A DNA stretch of 64,000 bases from Phoronis australis (GCA_002633005.1 NMRA01000017.1:1760295-1824294), one strand, 5' to 3'; numbered from the stretch's first letter, positions 1-13,800 are shown. Numbers and translations are program-made. Notes: generated from the sequence alone by a model not told the origin.

Positions 1-299
1 AAATGTCCAAGCTTTCCATTGACGCCTGCTGTTCACAGAACTTGCAAACCGTCGAATAGTCTGCTGCCTTAAGCTCCTGATTGTTATCGTATTGACTCCC
101 GTTCAGACTTGTTTGTCACTCCACTGTCCCTCTTTCCTTCAAGACGTTGTTTTTTCACCATTATTCATGCGCAGGACCATTGAACTTCCACAGTTTTTCC
201 GGAAACCGTTAAGCACCAAACCTTGCTCTGCAACCAGATGTAACGATGAATTCCATTGATCCTTTATTCATGACAGCGTTTTCCCGTTCATTGTCTTTA

Positions 300-790
300 C
301 TAGACAAAGGGGGTTCTGAACGTGTGATAACATCTAGTGTCTTTGTTAACTGCCGAGCAAAGTCTTTTGTCTGTTATGACAACAGGCAGGCCAATTATCT
401 ACCACGCTTATTACAGAAAACGTGCGAACACCGTCAAACCCAGAGCGAATTGGTACATTCAGAAAGAATAGGATATTGTAACTTCGGTTGCAGTTGGACG
501 ATTTTGGCGATTCAAAAAACTAAATATGATCACCATTAGACAAGTATTTCAAAAATTCTACATTGGTTTATGTTCAAATATGTTATAAGTTAACTTTTAT
601 TTTTAACAGCACAGCCCAGTCAGGCTAGATGATCTTTTTGAAGATTAGAGCAATTATCGAACAAAAGAGGGCTGGCCCTCCAACCATGAATGCCAGAATG
701 GAGTTAATCAGTCGTGTAAGATATTGGTTACATGGGTAAACTTCCCTACTTGTTGTTGGGCTATATATTGGGAGCAACGGGAAGGTAGAA
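300..790 (-). repeat. Dispersed repeat, inverted copy of 15600-16050
   Basis: Reverse-complement similarity, e.g. gccagaatggagttaatcagtcgtgtaagatattgg vs ccaatatcttacatgactgattaactccattctggc. Confidence 0.75.
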
Positions 791-1263
791 ATTAAGCAAG
801 GAAAACACCCGAGTCCTGGAGATGACTGCTTAATTTCACTTTTCAATTAGAACTGCCAACACTCAGCCGGCCCGCTACACCTGTGAAATACAATGGTAAT
901 ACACAGGTTATGCGAACCCTATATTTACATAAAAAATCGGTGATAGTCACAACATCCTGGGTGGGGGAATGTACCAACCACCGCTGCTGGAAAGTTTATT
1001 TCAATGCTAGCCTGTTCACATTTTCTGCAACTTTTGTGCATGATCAGACATACCTGCACATTTACTTGCAAACTTCTGATTTCTACCACTGCAGCAAATT
1101 TTGAGGTGTGTCTCTGAAGAAATGTAAAGGCAAGAGTAATTTTTTTGATAAAAGTTTTTAAGGAATATGTCACATATTGTTTGGATATTGTTTCTTAGAT
1201 TTTTTACATGATTTCTTGTAACATTTTTTGGACATTACATTGCTTATCCGTGTTCTTAAACCC

Positions 1264-2104
1264 TTTTTATGCGCCCACATATTTATATGTGGACGCATTA
1301 TGCCGTCATCTCTGTCCGTCCGTCCGGGCGGCGTCCGTCCGGCGTCCGGTGTCCGGCGTCCGGCGTCCGNNNNNNNNNNNNNNNNNNNNNNNNNNNNNNN
1401 NNNNNNNNNNNNNNNNNNNNNNNNNNNNNNNNNNNNNNNNNNNNNNNNNNNNNNNNNNNNNNNNNNNNNNNNNNNNNNNNNNNNNNNNNNNNNNNNNNNN
1501 NNNNNNNNNNNNNNNNNNNNNNNNNNNNNNNNNNNNNNNNNNNNNNNNNNNNNNNNNNNNNNNNNNNNNNNNNNNNNNNNNNNNNNNNNNNNNNNNNNNN
1601 NNNNNNNNNNNNNNNNNNNNNNNNNNNNNNNNNNNNNNNNNNNNNNNNNNNNNNNNNNNNNNNNNNNNNNNNNNNNNNNNNNNNNNNNNNNNNNNNNNNN
1701 NNNNNNNNNNNNNNNNNNNNNNNNNNNNNNNNNNNNNNNNNNNNNNNNNNNNNNNNNTACTTTGTGTTACTTCGTGACTATGAAGGAAAAGTTCCAAGTA
1801 GAAATTTGTTTCTGGCATTCTAATGCTGTGCTAATCTCGTATGTTGGTAAATTTGTTTTTAATTCTATGTTTCTGTGGTGCTTTAAGCAACTGGTGTATA
1901 GGATGTGCTTGTATTATGAAGATTACTCACATTTTGCCCCTAGCCTATTGAGGAGACAAGGACCATGCCTTTCCATTTTGCAAAGTACAACATACTACAT
2001 ATATGCCCTCTACTGGCCACTTTATGGTACCAATAAACAACCCTAGAAGGATACCGTATGCGGTGCAATTGTGGGCGCATTTCAACGCTCTGCGTTGCTC
2101 TTGT
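1264..2104 (+). mobile_element. Helentron-associated non-autonomous element (HINE/DINE-1-like), copy 1, containing an N gap
   Basis: 5' ttttt-atgcgcccaca with inverted partner tgtgggcgcat near the 3' end; (gtcc/ccgt)n microsatellite; inserted in a T-run; same ends as the copy at 29763-31385. Confidence 0.75.
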
Positions 2105-2112
2105 TCTTGTAG

Positions 2113-2241
2113 GAGGCCAGATCTAAGTTCCGTTCTATGCTCAATGACTCCACACAGAAGCTAAACTCAATGCTGAGGCGAAACAGGAAGAGTATTGAAA
2201 GAGCACGGCCATTTTATGAGGCAAAAATTCATGCAAAGCAG
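2113..2241 (+). CDS. SH3BP5: SH3 domain-binding protein 5 (Sab/parcas family), internal exon
   Basis: Acceptor ttcttgtag and donor gtacgg; 129 bp, phase 0/0. Encodes EARSKFRSMLNDSTQKLNSMLRRNRKSIERARPFYEAKIHAKQ, with the SH3BP5-family motif 'I.+ARP(Y/F)YEA'. Confidence 0.9.
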
Positions 2242-4869
2242 GTACGGTCATTGTTAGTCTTAAGAAAAAGTGCTGCAAATGAATTCATGAAAAGTTGGGA
2301 AGTTCTTACTGACAACAGAAAAATATGATTGCAACCAAAGCCATTTGATCATATACATTGCAGCCACTGAATTACTATACTTTCTCTGGTCTACCTCACG
2401 CCTGACCAGACTGGAGCGTAACCGGAACGCAGACGTGAGAGAAATTGGTCACAGTGGTCTCGCGCCTACTCTCTGGGTAGCTCCCACGCTTACCTCCGGT
2501 TTAACTAACGCCTTCCTCATGCTTTCCTCATGCTTACCTCACGCTTTCCTCACGCCTTTGGTACATGTAGCTGTGGTAATATACGGTACCGTGATGGTGC
2601 GCCGGGCTAATAAAAATATCATCTAGATGTGCATGTAGAGGTGACATTGTTTGTGTAGCTGTCGAGTAATCCGTTGTTTTGGCATTTTATACCACAGAGT
2701 TCTGACAAACTCCGCATTTTCTCGTATTTGTCATACAAACGAACTCCTTTAACTCGTCTGACATTACATTTATGTTGTCCAATTTATTACTGCAAATCAT
2801 ATCCCATCAATGACTTAGTTAGTTAGTAAAGATTTAGACCACTTTAGTGGCCTAAGGTAAAAACAAACAAACGCGACCCTAGAGCTACACTCCTTCACAG
2901 CTTACACGGCTGCAGTCTTCACGAAACTGATTACAGCTGAATATTTATTTCGCCCTAAAAATAGCTCTCCCATCTTGCTTGCGCACTTGTGTATTGTCTC
3001 TCCGTGGATTCTTGCACCGCATTAAGTAGAACAGAAAATTTCAGTAAACTTGTGTGACGACATGTAGCATCACCATCCCCTACTGCAAGCGCATTATAAG
3101 TCCCCAAGCCCTAGTGCGAGTCTATTAATTTTGTAGCCCCATCCCCTTAGTATTTCGGGCCCATGTAGTCCACCTGTCTGACTCGTCTAATGGTGGTGTT
3201 CACTTTCTCCGCATGATGCCGGAATTCGGTATAAATGCGCACAGAATTCACGTGCTATGCTGTGGTTTTTCGTGGAGATAATTGAATTCTTCCCTCACAC
3301 ACACACGTGTGTCAACATTTTTATACGTTTATTTCAAAGGCAAATATATACAAGTGAGAAGTTGTTTCATGAAGTGACTTAAGGTTTGAGAAAGGAATTT
3401 GGCCTTTCAACCCACGTAAGGATTTCGGAAAAGTAGTTGAAACTCACCTGAGCAAAATTTCTATGAGAAAATACTCGTCACCCTGCTGAAAAAGTTTTTG
3501 TAAATTAGTTTTCGACTGTGATGCGCTCATAATTATTTGACTAAAACTTTATACAGCAATAGTGAAATGACAGCGTAAGACCGTCGAGTTTGTGTCTTAT
3601 TAAACGGACCCAGGAACCTCCAGCATGTATCAACAGAAACAATTTGTAGAATGGGACTAGCGTGGAATGCCACACAACTGGTTGCATGTCACTGACTTCT
3701 GCATCTCGTTGTATACATTGATGAGTGATTACGTCAAGATGTTGGTGTTGCTGCTTGAAAAGCCAATAACTGGAAAATTGGTGGAGCAGGTCAATCGTGC
3801 GTTCAATTGTTAATTATGCTAAATTCTATGTTACTGAAGGTTACCTGATTGGAATGTGAAATCTAATGAAATCGTCTCTGTCATTGCCAAAACACTATCT
3901 AAAGTTTATACGATTGTATTCTGTAGACAAATTACTAGTGGTAAATCCCGGGGGTGAATTACTGTTCAAAAAAGCTAGATGAAAAGCTGACCGATAGAAA
4001 ACTTCGCATACAATTTACACCGTGGTTAATCTAATACAAGACCGGCAGTTAGGGATGTGATAAATACGCAGCAAGATTCAGAAGTAATTTCACCTAAAAC
4101 ATCTGATAGTTTAATGGTGTCCATGAAAAACAATAATTTTGGTGCATTCTGTATACAGTGCTAAGAGTGCGAAATAGTCATGGAAAATAGGCAGGTTTAA
4201 TATAGCTTACATTAAACGGTAAACCAATAATGATAAGTAATAAGATGGGCAACAAAACACCCACTATAATAATAGCATTACAAATTGACACACTGGTGGA
4301 CGACAAAAGACCGAGTAATCAAAGGATTGATGCGTTTAAAACATTGAATGAACTTGATCACAAATATTTGATTTGGAATTATAGTGGGTACAACTGAATG
4401 TGCAATTTTTCTCAAAATCTTTTAAATTATGAGCAGGTAGCTTTATTCTTGAACTATCCCTAAAACAAATGAATATCAATTATCACATCAATCAAAATGA
4501 AATGAAACCAACTAACGTATTACTATGTAACCCCTTGCCTGACTGTGTCTGCGGCGACATTACAAGGTGATGTAACTGCCTACACAGAAAGAAGTATGCG
4601 TACCAATTATAAGTGATTTGATTGTCACTTTTGACGTTGTGTTTTTTTGGAAGTTGGTCTATTTTCATTCAAAGTTTTTGGTATAGTTTTTATACAAAGG
4701 CAGACAAACGCTTACCATTTCAGTGAAAGCTGCACACTTGAATTTAGACTTTGAAAGTAAAAATTCTTTAATATACCTGGGGTCAGATATCAGTTGCATG
4801 TGTGCAGGTGAGGTCATACATAAACATTATCATCAAGGCACTAGAGAGTAAAGATAGAAAGATATTTGT

Positions 4870-5080
4870 TCTTTCAAAATAATGTTTTAACGGTGGATTT
4901 ACAAACTATGTGTGAAGTATCCATACAGTGTTCTACGAATGTAAGGATGCCAGATGATGTGTTGAAATGTTGTTTTAGTTTGGTTCCTAAATTCTGAGTG
5001 GTCCAAACAAAATATTTTCCTGGACAATCTGGGCATTCGATCATGTATACAGAAATAAATATATATAATATCACCCCACC
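4870..5080 (-). mobile_element. Penelope-like element GIY-YIG endonuclease fragment (degraded)
   Basis: VYMIECPDCPGKY...T.QNLGTKLKQH...EHCMDTSH resembles the PLE pattern VY.I.C..C...YIG.T...L..R..EH. Confidence 0.6.
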
Positions 5081-5364
5081 CGTCCCCTCTTGTTGTCTTA
5101 TGACGTGTCTTTCGAGTGGACCAACACACTCTGTAAGGTGTTGAATGGTTTACGGTATGTGCCTACGTGGTGTTCTCTGAAAATGTTAGACAGTATTCCT
5201 GAGGTACTGTGAACGTATGAAAGGGCAAAGAATTCCAAAAGTTTCAACCATCTTACACATTGGGTCTTGGATCAAGCATGACTACTTCCAACTAGGTGTT
5301 TGATCCAAGACTCAATGTGTCTACATAGAGGTTGACCCTTTTAGAGATAACATAGTGCTTCCGT

Positions 5365-6511
5365 ACGTTATATGCTGATGACACTGCAATTATGTCCACA
5401 ACTGGATCTGTAAAAGAACTCGAAACTTGTCTAAACGATGAGCTAGCCCTTATCGATGACTGGCTGATTCAAAATAAACTCACTCTTAACGTTAGTAAAA
5501 CCAAGTCGATGCTGTTTGGAACCCATCAGAAATTAAAACAACAAAAACTATCCCTTTCTATCAACGGTTCTCCCATCGAGAATGTTGACAAGTTTAAGTA
5601 CTTGGGCCTTATTTTAGATCCCAATCTTAAATTTAATATGCACACAGATCAAATCACAAAGAAATTATCAAATAAAATCGGCGTACTTAAACGTCTTGGC
5701 AAATTTCTTAATGTCAGTACTCTTAAGACCCTTTACCATTCTATTATTCAGCCTCATATTGATTATTGTTTACCGGTTTGGGGGCACATTAGTGACACAC
5801 TTATCAGCAAAGTCCAAGTCATCCAAAATTGAGCCGCTAGGGCTATCCTGGGTAATAGATTTAGGGACACTAGGGTTGACAACTTGTATTCCAAGCTGGG
5901 ATTTATGAAAGTAAGACAAAGAAATAAATATCTCTCTGCCTGTTGTATGTACAGATGTATCAATGGCTTAGCTCCAGCATATCTCAGTAGTAAATTCAAT
6001 AGCAGTCAGGCTGTATATTCTACACGTTGTTCTGTTGCTGGCAATGTTTCTTCTAAAAAAAATAAAACCAAGATGGGAAAGAGATCTTTTATCTATGCAG
6101 CTGCTATAATATAGAATTCTCTTAGCCCAGAAATTAAACAGTCCAATTCAATCACTACCTTTAAAGTAAATGTGGCTGTAATTTACCTAACCTTTTATAC
6201 CCTGCTTGTCTTATTCATGTCATTTTTTCATTGTCGTAAATACTCTCACTATCTAGAGTCATCTCTTAATTTATTTCATCTGTTTTAGTTAAATTTTTAC
6301 CATTATTCGTCATTTAGTTAATGTCTTAATTCTCAACCTGTTTTAGTTGTATTTTATATATATTTTTTTTGTATATTTCATTGTTGTTTTATTACTTCAT
6401 GGTATTATATTACTGTTTTTCATGTTCAGGGCCCTCTTCGAAAGCAGTGCTATCACTGAAGAGGCCACCATCATTTTAAATATCACAATAATAAATTAAT
6501 AAATAAATAAA
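5365..6511 (+). mobile_element. 5'-truncated L2/CR1-group (Crack-like) LINE
   Basis: YADDTA at about 5371, then WLIQNKLTLNVSKTK, FKYLGLILD, IIQPHIDYCLPVWG; one stop at 5830; T-rich 3'UTR with a terminal stem-loop and (AATA)n tail. Confidence 0.88.
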
Positions 6512-7139
6512 TGGGTACTGCCACTATTATCTGCTTCAGAGTCATTAACTGAAATGGACTATTGATATCTATTGTCACTTATGATTTCTACCTTTCGTCA
6601 CTGACATTTTTAAAGCTGGTGTAAAGTACCACACCATCACTAAACATCAAAAACTAAACAATAAATTGCCATCACTTTTACAACATTTTTTCTTAAAGCA
6701 GATCTTCTTATAAACATTCAGTTAACTACACACTGAATTTCAATAATTAATTATGCAAAAATTCTCTAGTTTGGGACAGCGAATAATTATTTTGGTCAAA
6801 ATTGGAGCTTGTCCCAATTTTTAGAAATTCACACAATTGTCTGTCAGAAATTCAAGGGTAATGGCAACAATTTATTAAATGTTGGTCTTGAGAGTCACTT
6901 TTTATGAACTTACAGGAGTATTCTTGCAACCTGTTATGCTACAACATAATGTTAGGAATTTGAAAAAAAAGAAAATATACAAATCTCTCACGCCTCAAAT
7001 TTCAGGATGAAGAAATTAAATTTCAGCCATGATTTCTTTGTTCTGAGTTTAGGAGGCTGCCTCAATCTGGAGAATTTTTAATGTAATATATCACCGATCT
7101 AATTGCTATCATCAACTATGTCACCCTCGCTAAAATATA

Positions 7140-8554
7140 TACCGTATTCGCCGTAATAACCGCCCATGCCCCTATAAGCACCCCCCACGCGTTTTCAGAC
7201 TTTGCTGAAATAAGTGCCCAGTCCATGAATGTGTACATGCGAACAATGACGTACCTACAGTCCTAAAACTCGGCTACAGTAACGTCTTTAATTTATCAAA
7301 AAAATTTTTGCACGGGTCTTCTAGACCACCAGCAGCACTGCTACTTTTGTATTTAGCCGTGACTTTACACTTCAAAGTAACACAATGCTTCAAAAAGAAC
7401 GCAACAGCGTTGCCAAGCTCTCACAACGACCGTGTCCCACTATGGTCTGACCTTTCAGTAGACACATCGACTGTCTCATGAATAAAAATAACTCGCTGTT
7501 AAACGCACGTGGCCAGGAAGCGCGCGCTACATACATGAACCTGTCATCAAAGACATTAGTCGGGAACTATCCATTCATGAAACAGGTAGCATAGCATCGA
7601 TAAGAAATGAATATTAGCACAAATTTCCAACAATTTCTAATACTATAAAACATGTTTGTGTTATTTTTGAAATGGATTGTTTGATTAACCATAATTGGTG
7701 TTTTTAAGCCGAATATCCGATAATATGACCACTGACAATGAATGCTTCCACACCCTTAAACTGAAAAGATAGTTACGTACGCATCCAGCTACATGGCGAC
7801 TAATATGGGCCTTACCGAGACAAATGTCGAAGTTTTTAGCATGAGACCGGCAAGTGCTGAATGAAACACGCTCTGGTTTATGCCTACTGCTTGTGCAATT
7901 TTCTTTAGACACATCTAGCTAGTTAGATTGCGTGGCTGTGGCCAAAAGACGGTCGCTTTGGCAAATGAACTCTGGTGACACGCACGCGCTCGCTTACTGG
8001 CTGACAAACTTCAAAACAAATGTCACGTGACAACAACCTGTGTGTTCGTCCAGACATTTTGCTCGCCGTTTTGCCGATCATACATGTAGATGGCACGATT
8101 TTGCACAGATTTGTACTTAAACCTGCAGTTAATCCAGACTCCACGGGAACTAAAATAATCCTAGAGACGCTACTTTTAAAACTTAATGAGGATTTCACAG
8201 ACAGGTAATTTGCTTGAGTCGAAACCATTTTCATTCAAGCACTGAAGTCGCCATATCGAAGATGGCGATTTCGAGGCAGTTAGCCAGCGAGTTTTTTACC
8301 TAGGATTTCAGCGCAATTTTCTGTAAAATGATCGTAATTTAGCAGCAAAGTTTGATAGCAATGCACCACAATTTTGTTGAAAGTCTTTCATCGATTACAT
8401 ATACATCACAGAGCGTAAATTTGATGAATCTTAGCTTCCGATTTCACCCATTTCGGAGACCGGGTTTCAACCGCCTTGGGTTATAATAAGCGCCCCCCCC
8501 CCCTGAACCGAACTTTTCTAAGCGCCCTGGGCGGTTATTACGGCGAATGCGGTA
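7140..8554. mobile_element. TcMar (pogo/Tigger-like) non-autonomous element, family A
   Basis: TIRs ta|ccgtattcgccgtaataaccgccc ... gggcggttattacggcgaatgcgg|ta; TA flanks; no transposase ORF. Confidence 0.85.
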
Positions 8555-9292
8555 TGTTAAAAACAATTAAGCTATAAATGTGATCCATCTGAAAAATGTT
8601 CAAACATACACCATTGCCAGCAAGATGGCGAATACACACAGCAGACAATAGCCTCTGTACGGCACAGAGTTGAGGCTTTTTGGCAAACATCTACATGTAT
8701 CCCATACATTATGGCTACAGTGAAGTCATATTATTCACAGCGATATGAAGTGAATGACACATAGAAGTGTAGCCCATGTGGACGATTTTCCACTTCTTTC
8801 ACAATTTTCCAAAGAAACGGCTTGTCATCCAGGTCCCTTGTGGGAAGTCTATGCACACTTTTTTCTGAAGTCTTGCAGAGATCATCCAAAGATGTACTAA
8901 CAGGTTCTGATCAAGTTGATCAATTTGATCAGTTGAGTCTTAAGACAGGTTTGACAAGAAATGGTTGGACTGTTGATAATCCTTAGATACTGAATACCCA
9001 TGGTCAACTAACTCGGACTCAAAATTTAACAATCTCTTTGCTCCTGTTGGCTTCTTAGAAACTGATGGCGAATCAATTAGTACATGTTTCTGTCGATCTT
9101 CAGACTGAGCAATGAGAATGCTCACATCCATTCTTGTTGTTATCTGCAGCTGTGTTGAGTTTTGTACAAAACTGAATGCATGAGCTGCAGATATAAACAC
9201 AGGCCTAGTGTCAAGCAAATCATTGTTGAATTGAATTGAAAGGAGTTCAAAAAAACCCAAGTACCTCCAGTCTGCTTTAATGCAGCATTTCT

Positions 9293-11114
9293 TACCGTAA
9301 ACGTTCGGGTTAACGCCCATGCTCAGTTAACCGCCCACCCCCTACTTTAGGTGGATTTTCGATTTAACTGCCCACTGCTCGGTTAAGCGCCCCCCTGCGA
9401 TTTTTGAAGATTTCCAGTTAAGCGCCCACCTCTCGGTTAAGCGCCCATCCCCGACTTTTAAAGAATGAAGATTTAGCGCCCAGTGCTAAGGAAACGCGTG
9501 ATTCCCCGATTTTTAGAAAGATCGATGATCACAATGAGCGCAACGATGCCAGGCCTCCGAGACGGTGGTTTAGCAATGTGAATTGCAATTATACAAGTAA
9601 CGAGTTATTGTCTTGGGTCATGGACTCACTTCAAAATATAATTCTTGAACGTTTTTGTCACTTTATTTTCTTCCCATGTTTGCAAAGTTTAAGAACGCCG
9701 CCGGCGTCAAAACCTCCGCTTTCAGCGACTTTGTCTGCCGCGCTGAGTTTTCGTCTGCAGTGCACTTGATAAAACATATATTCGAAAAAATCAGGCCAGA
9801 GAAATGAGACAATGGTTAAAAGTATATATTCACGCCCGTTTCTGTTACGTAGGACTGTCGCTATTCTCTTTTGATGTGTGACTTTGTAGTGGTGCACGCG
9901 AGCAATTTCCCACACTTTGGAGTGCATGTTACCTTGACACCAACATGTGATTGACAGGTGACTCGCACATAGGCCCTACGCGCGTGCTGAATCCCGCCGC
10001 TATCTTTGGCCATAAAAACGAGATGCATATTGAAAGAGGCCGTTATATTACTTGACAGCATTTCCAAGTCACGATTGTCAGCCGACTGAGACATTGCGCG
10101 CTAACAACAGGACCGAACAGTGCCGCAGTGCGATATTGCAATTGCAAGTGATATAAATAGGATAATCTGGACATCTTGCATGAAAAATAAATGTTTTTCC
10201 ACCACGAAGTTTGGTAAGGTGATCGTTTATGAATTGAAACATCGCTGTTTTGTAGCGTTTTATCACATATTTATGCCGTTGCTCGAAATTTTTTTCTTGA
10301 TTGACGAGTGGTACACGGCCGCTTAACCCCGATTCTTGTCTTGGGCCTACTTCTTTGCCGAGCATGTTTGGCGCAACTGCAAGTGAGCAATGCCGGGCAG
10401 TCGAGATCAAACAGCAAGCCACAGAACCATACGCTGAAAATGTCATTGAGTCACGGAGTGTTGACTATAAACATCCCAAACACAAAAAACATCCGAACTA
10501 AGGTTTTCAAACTTTTATTACGACCAATTTTAAAACTGCTCTCTGACTATGAACTTGGCAGTTAGTACGAGACTGTAACCATAAATCTGATGTCTGCTGT
10601 GACCTCTGCAACACGTGAAGCTTGCACGCGCGCACTTTAGCAAAATGAAATAGTTGCAATCCAAGTGGAGGCTGCGTGGTCACTGATCGTCTGCGCTCTA
10701 CACTACAGGGCTAAATAACAAGACCGCAGGACGGCATGGGGCTATTACTCAGCAATTCTGTAAATTTAATAGTGAATAACTTATCTGAGGGCATGATAAC
10801 CTTTGTTAGGATCATCCGCTGTTATGACATTTTTCCCGTCATGTGGCGACGTGACGATAACGCTCTTTGAAAAGTGCTACGCGTTCCGAGTAGGCCTATG
10901 ACTACGTGTGTGGTGTGGGTACTTAGATCACGAGGTAAGATTAACCGCCCAGGGCGCTTGCCTGTCGTAATAAGCGCCCATGTTCGGTTAACCGCCCACC
11001 CTGGATTTTTTGAAGTTTCACGTTTAAGCGCCCATGTCTGGTTAACCGCCCACCCCCGATTTTTTGGGTTTGCCAATTTAACCGCCCAGGGCGTTAACCC
11101 GAACGTTTACGGTA
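9293..11114. mobile_element. TcMar-like non-autonomous element, family B
   Basis: Perfect TIRs ta|ccgtaaacgttcgggttaacgccc ... gggcgttaacccgaacgtttacgg|ta; subterminal arrays of taa(c/g)cgccca. Confidence 0.88.
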
Positions 11115-12003
11115 NNNNNNNNNNNNNNNNNNNNNNNNNNNNNNNNNNNNNNNNNNNNNNNNNNNNNNNNNNNNNNNNNNNNNNNNNNNNNNNNNNNNNN
11201 NNNNNNNNNNNNNNNNNNNNNNNNNNNNNNNNNNNNNNNNNNNNNNNNNNNNNNNNNNNNNNNNNNNNNNNNNNNNNNNNNNNNNNNNNNNNNNNNNNNN
11301 NNNNNNNNNNNNNNNNNNNNNNNNNNNNNNNNNNNNNNNNNNNNNNNNNNNNNNNNNNNNNNNNNNNNNNNNNNNNNNNNNNNNNNNNNNNNNNNNNNNN
11401 NNNNNNNNNNNNNNNNNNNNNNNNNNNNNNNNNNNNNNNNNNNNNNNNNNNNNNNNNNNNNNNNNNNNNNNNNNNNNNNNNNNNNNNNNNNNNNNNNNNN
11501 NNNNNNNNNNNNNNNNNNNNNNNNNNNNNNNNNNNNNNNNNNNNNNNNNNNNNNNNNNNNNNNNNNNNNNNNNNNNNNNNNNNNNNNNNNNNNNNNNNNN
11601 NNNNNNNNNNNNNNNNNNNNNNNNNNNNNNNNNNNNNNNNNNNNNNNNNNNNNNNNNNNNNNNNNNNNNNNNNNNNNNNNNNNNNNNNNNNNNNNNNNNN
11701 NNNNNNNNNNNNNNNNNNNNNNNNNNNNNNNNNNNNNNNNNNNNNNNNNNNNNNNNNNNNNNNNNNNNNNNNNNNNNNNNNNNNNNNNNNNNNNNNNNNN
11801 NNNNNNNNNNNNNNNNNNNNNNNNNNNNNNNNNNNNNNNNNNNNNNNNNNNNNNNNNNNNNNNNNNNNNNNNNNNNNNNNNNNNNNNNNNNNNNNNNNNN
11901 NNNNNNNNNNNNNNNNNNNNNNNNNNNNNNNNNNNNNNNNNNNNNNNNNNNNNNNNNNNNNNNNNNNNNNNNNNNNNNNNNNNNNNNNNNNNNNNNNNNN
12001 NNN
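11115..12003. other. Assembly gap (others at 1370-1757, 24049-24122, 36058-36508)
   Basis: Runs of N, at least three of them inside or abutting a repeat. Confidence 0.99.
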
Positions 12004-13800
12004 TGAGTAACAACTGCGAGGCTGAAATTTGGTGAACACTGTTGAATCGTGCAGAATAGTAAGTAAAGATATGTCTAACTAAATTTCACCGTAATTTGTT
12101 GGCGAAAACAATTTACACAAAGTTTTAAACTCGTAACTTATCCCGCTGTCCTCCAATATGGCCGTCGCGATCCAAACAAAGTGACCCAAATTTCGCCACA
12201 AAACGTGCAATAACTTTACACTGCTTGCCCCGATTTTGATACTTTTTCGATTTTTATTGAGTAGAATGTACTACCTTTTCGATGATAGTAAAGTACTTTT
12301 TCAAAACGAGGAAAAAAATAAAACCGAAAAAAATTGGTTCGACCCATATTGGTTCCTAGGTTCGACCCGCCTACGTAAGGAACTAAACACCAATGCTATT
12401 TTAACGTACTAAGTACGCGTAACATTCCAAAAAAATCAACGACCACTAGCTACAAACTATAAATACACTACATATGCAAACGAATAACGATATATTACTA
12501 ATAAAACAAAATAATGAAGACTTTTCGAGCAAGCCATAGCAAATTCAGTTACAAGGAAAAAATGGCGGCGTTCAGGACAAGTTCCTGAACTGATGAGCCG
12601 GAAATGTGGGTACGGAAATAACCGATGACAACCGGTAATCATACGCTCAGAGAGAAGGGTCAAATACTGTTAAAAAATCGCTTTTTGCAAGAAAGGCGAA
12701 AAGAATATAAAGAAAGGGTGTCGAAAATAAGAATTTATGTAGTAAGTATCTTCAGATACTAGAACCACATGGGCAGTTTGCAACAAGGACTTTAAAACAA
12801 CATGACTTTGATGTTTTAATCAGGGTGAGGCATGTCACCGAAAATCTATCAATGAAACTCCCAGAGGAGCTTCACTGTCTCTACTATGGCCAGCTAGAGA
12901 CGGTGGTCACTATCTAAACCACTGAATAATAGGAATGTTATTCAGTTGTTTCATTCATCAACTTTTTTCAACCATGTCCTTGTCCTGTTGTTTGTTTCCC
13001 ATTTTTCCCAAGTATATAGTGACCAACAACACGTGTGTTTGCCTTGTCAAGTTTCAGTAGACATTTGGTGTCACTGGTGTGTTCCATCTGGCTAACACTA
13101 ACAGCCCGATTCTGTGAGGTATAACTAGTGAACATGCACTGAATTTATTACAAAAAAAATTGATAGCGTAATTCTCAAAACCAAGGAACATTATATCGGA
13201 CTTGTTTCCAAAGTAGTTAGGTGTGATAAGACTGAACAAGCGGCCACAGTCACAGTGATGTGTCGAAAATCACCAATTTATCATCAATTCAGGCCCCTTT
13301 TAACTCACCTTTTAAGAATGTACCATAGTGCAGTCGTATGGCTGGTCCAGTTTAGATTGACGGTTCGGAGATTGATCTGAGTCGGCATTTGAGTGATTTA
13401 CAACAGTTGTTCAGTAATATTTACATTCTTTAAAAAACGCAAAAGGCTTACTGCCTAAACCAGAAATCGCGAGCCACCATATTTACAAAAGCGCCATCTA
13501 CCGAGCAAGATGATCAAAGTGAACTATTTTTGCGCAGGCAAATGTACTCCATATGAGTAAGATAATACACGCAGTGTTGGCTTACGTAGTAATTGGGGTG
13601 GGATAACCGTTTTGAAGTTACTAGCTTTGTCCAGAGCTATAAATAATAAGATCTGTTGTTTTTGTATTAGACATGCACAGAAATCAAGACTGGTGACTTT
13701 CCTATTGAAATATTCTTAAGATACCAAGTGCAATTCAGCTCATCAGTAGAGCATTTGGCTGTGACCGCAAACGTTCCTGTTTTGGACGTACTGGGCAGAA

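Noticed and set aside
1-220. Mariner transposase C-terminus on minus (GSQYDNNQELKAA)
   Set aside because: Similarity too short, no catalytic motif, truncated by the window edge.
1208-2046. Long ORFs spanning N runs (also 10874-12039, 23899-24243, 35899-36605)
   Set aside because: Artefacts of translating assembly gaps.
12555-12610. Promoter (YY1-like aaaatggcggc plus ETS-like ccggaaat)
   Set aside because: Short motifs in an intron with no linked first exon; unsupported.
13733-13790. tRNA gene (agctcatcagtagagca...)
   Set aside because: Only an A-box-like half; no T-loop or acceptor stem. At most a decayed SINE head. Same for about 16995 and about 62740.
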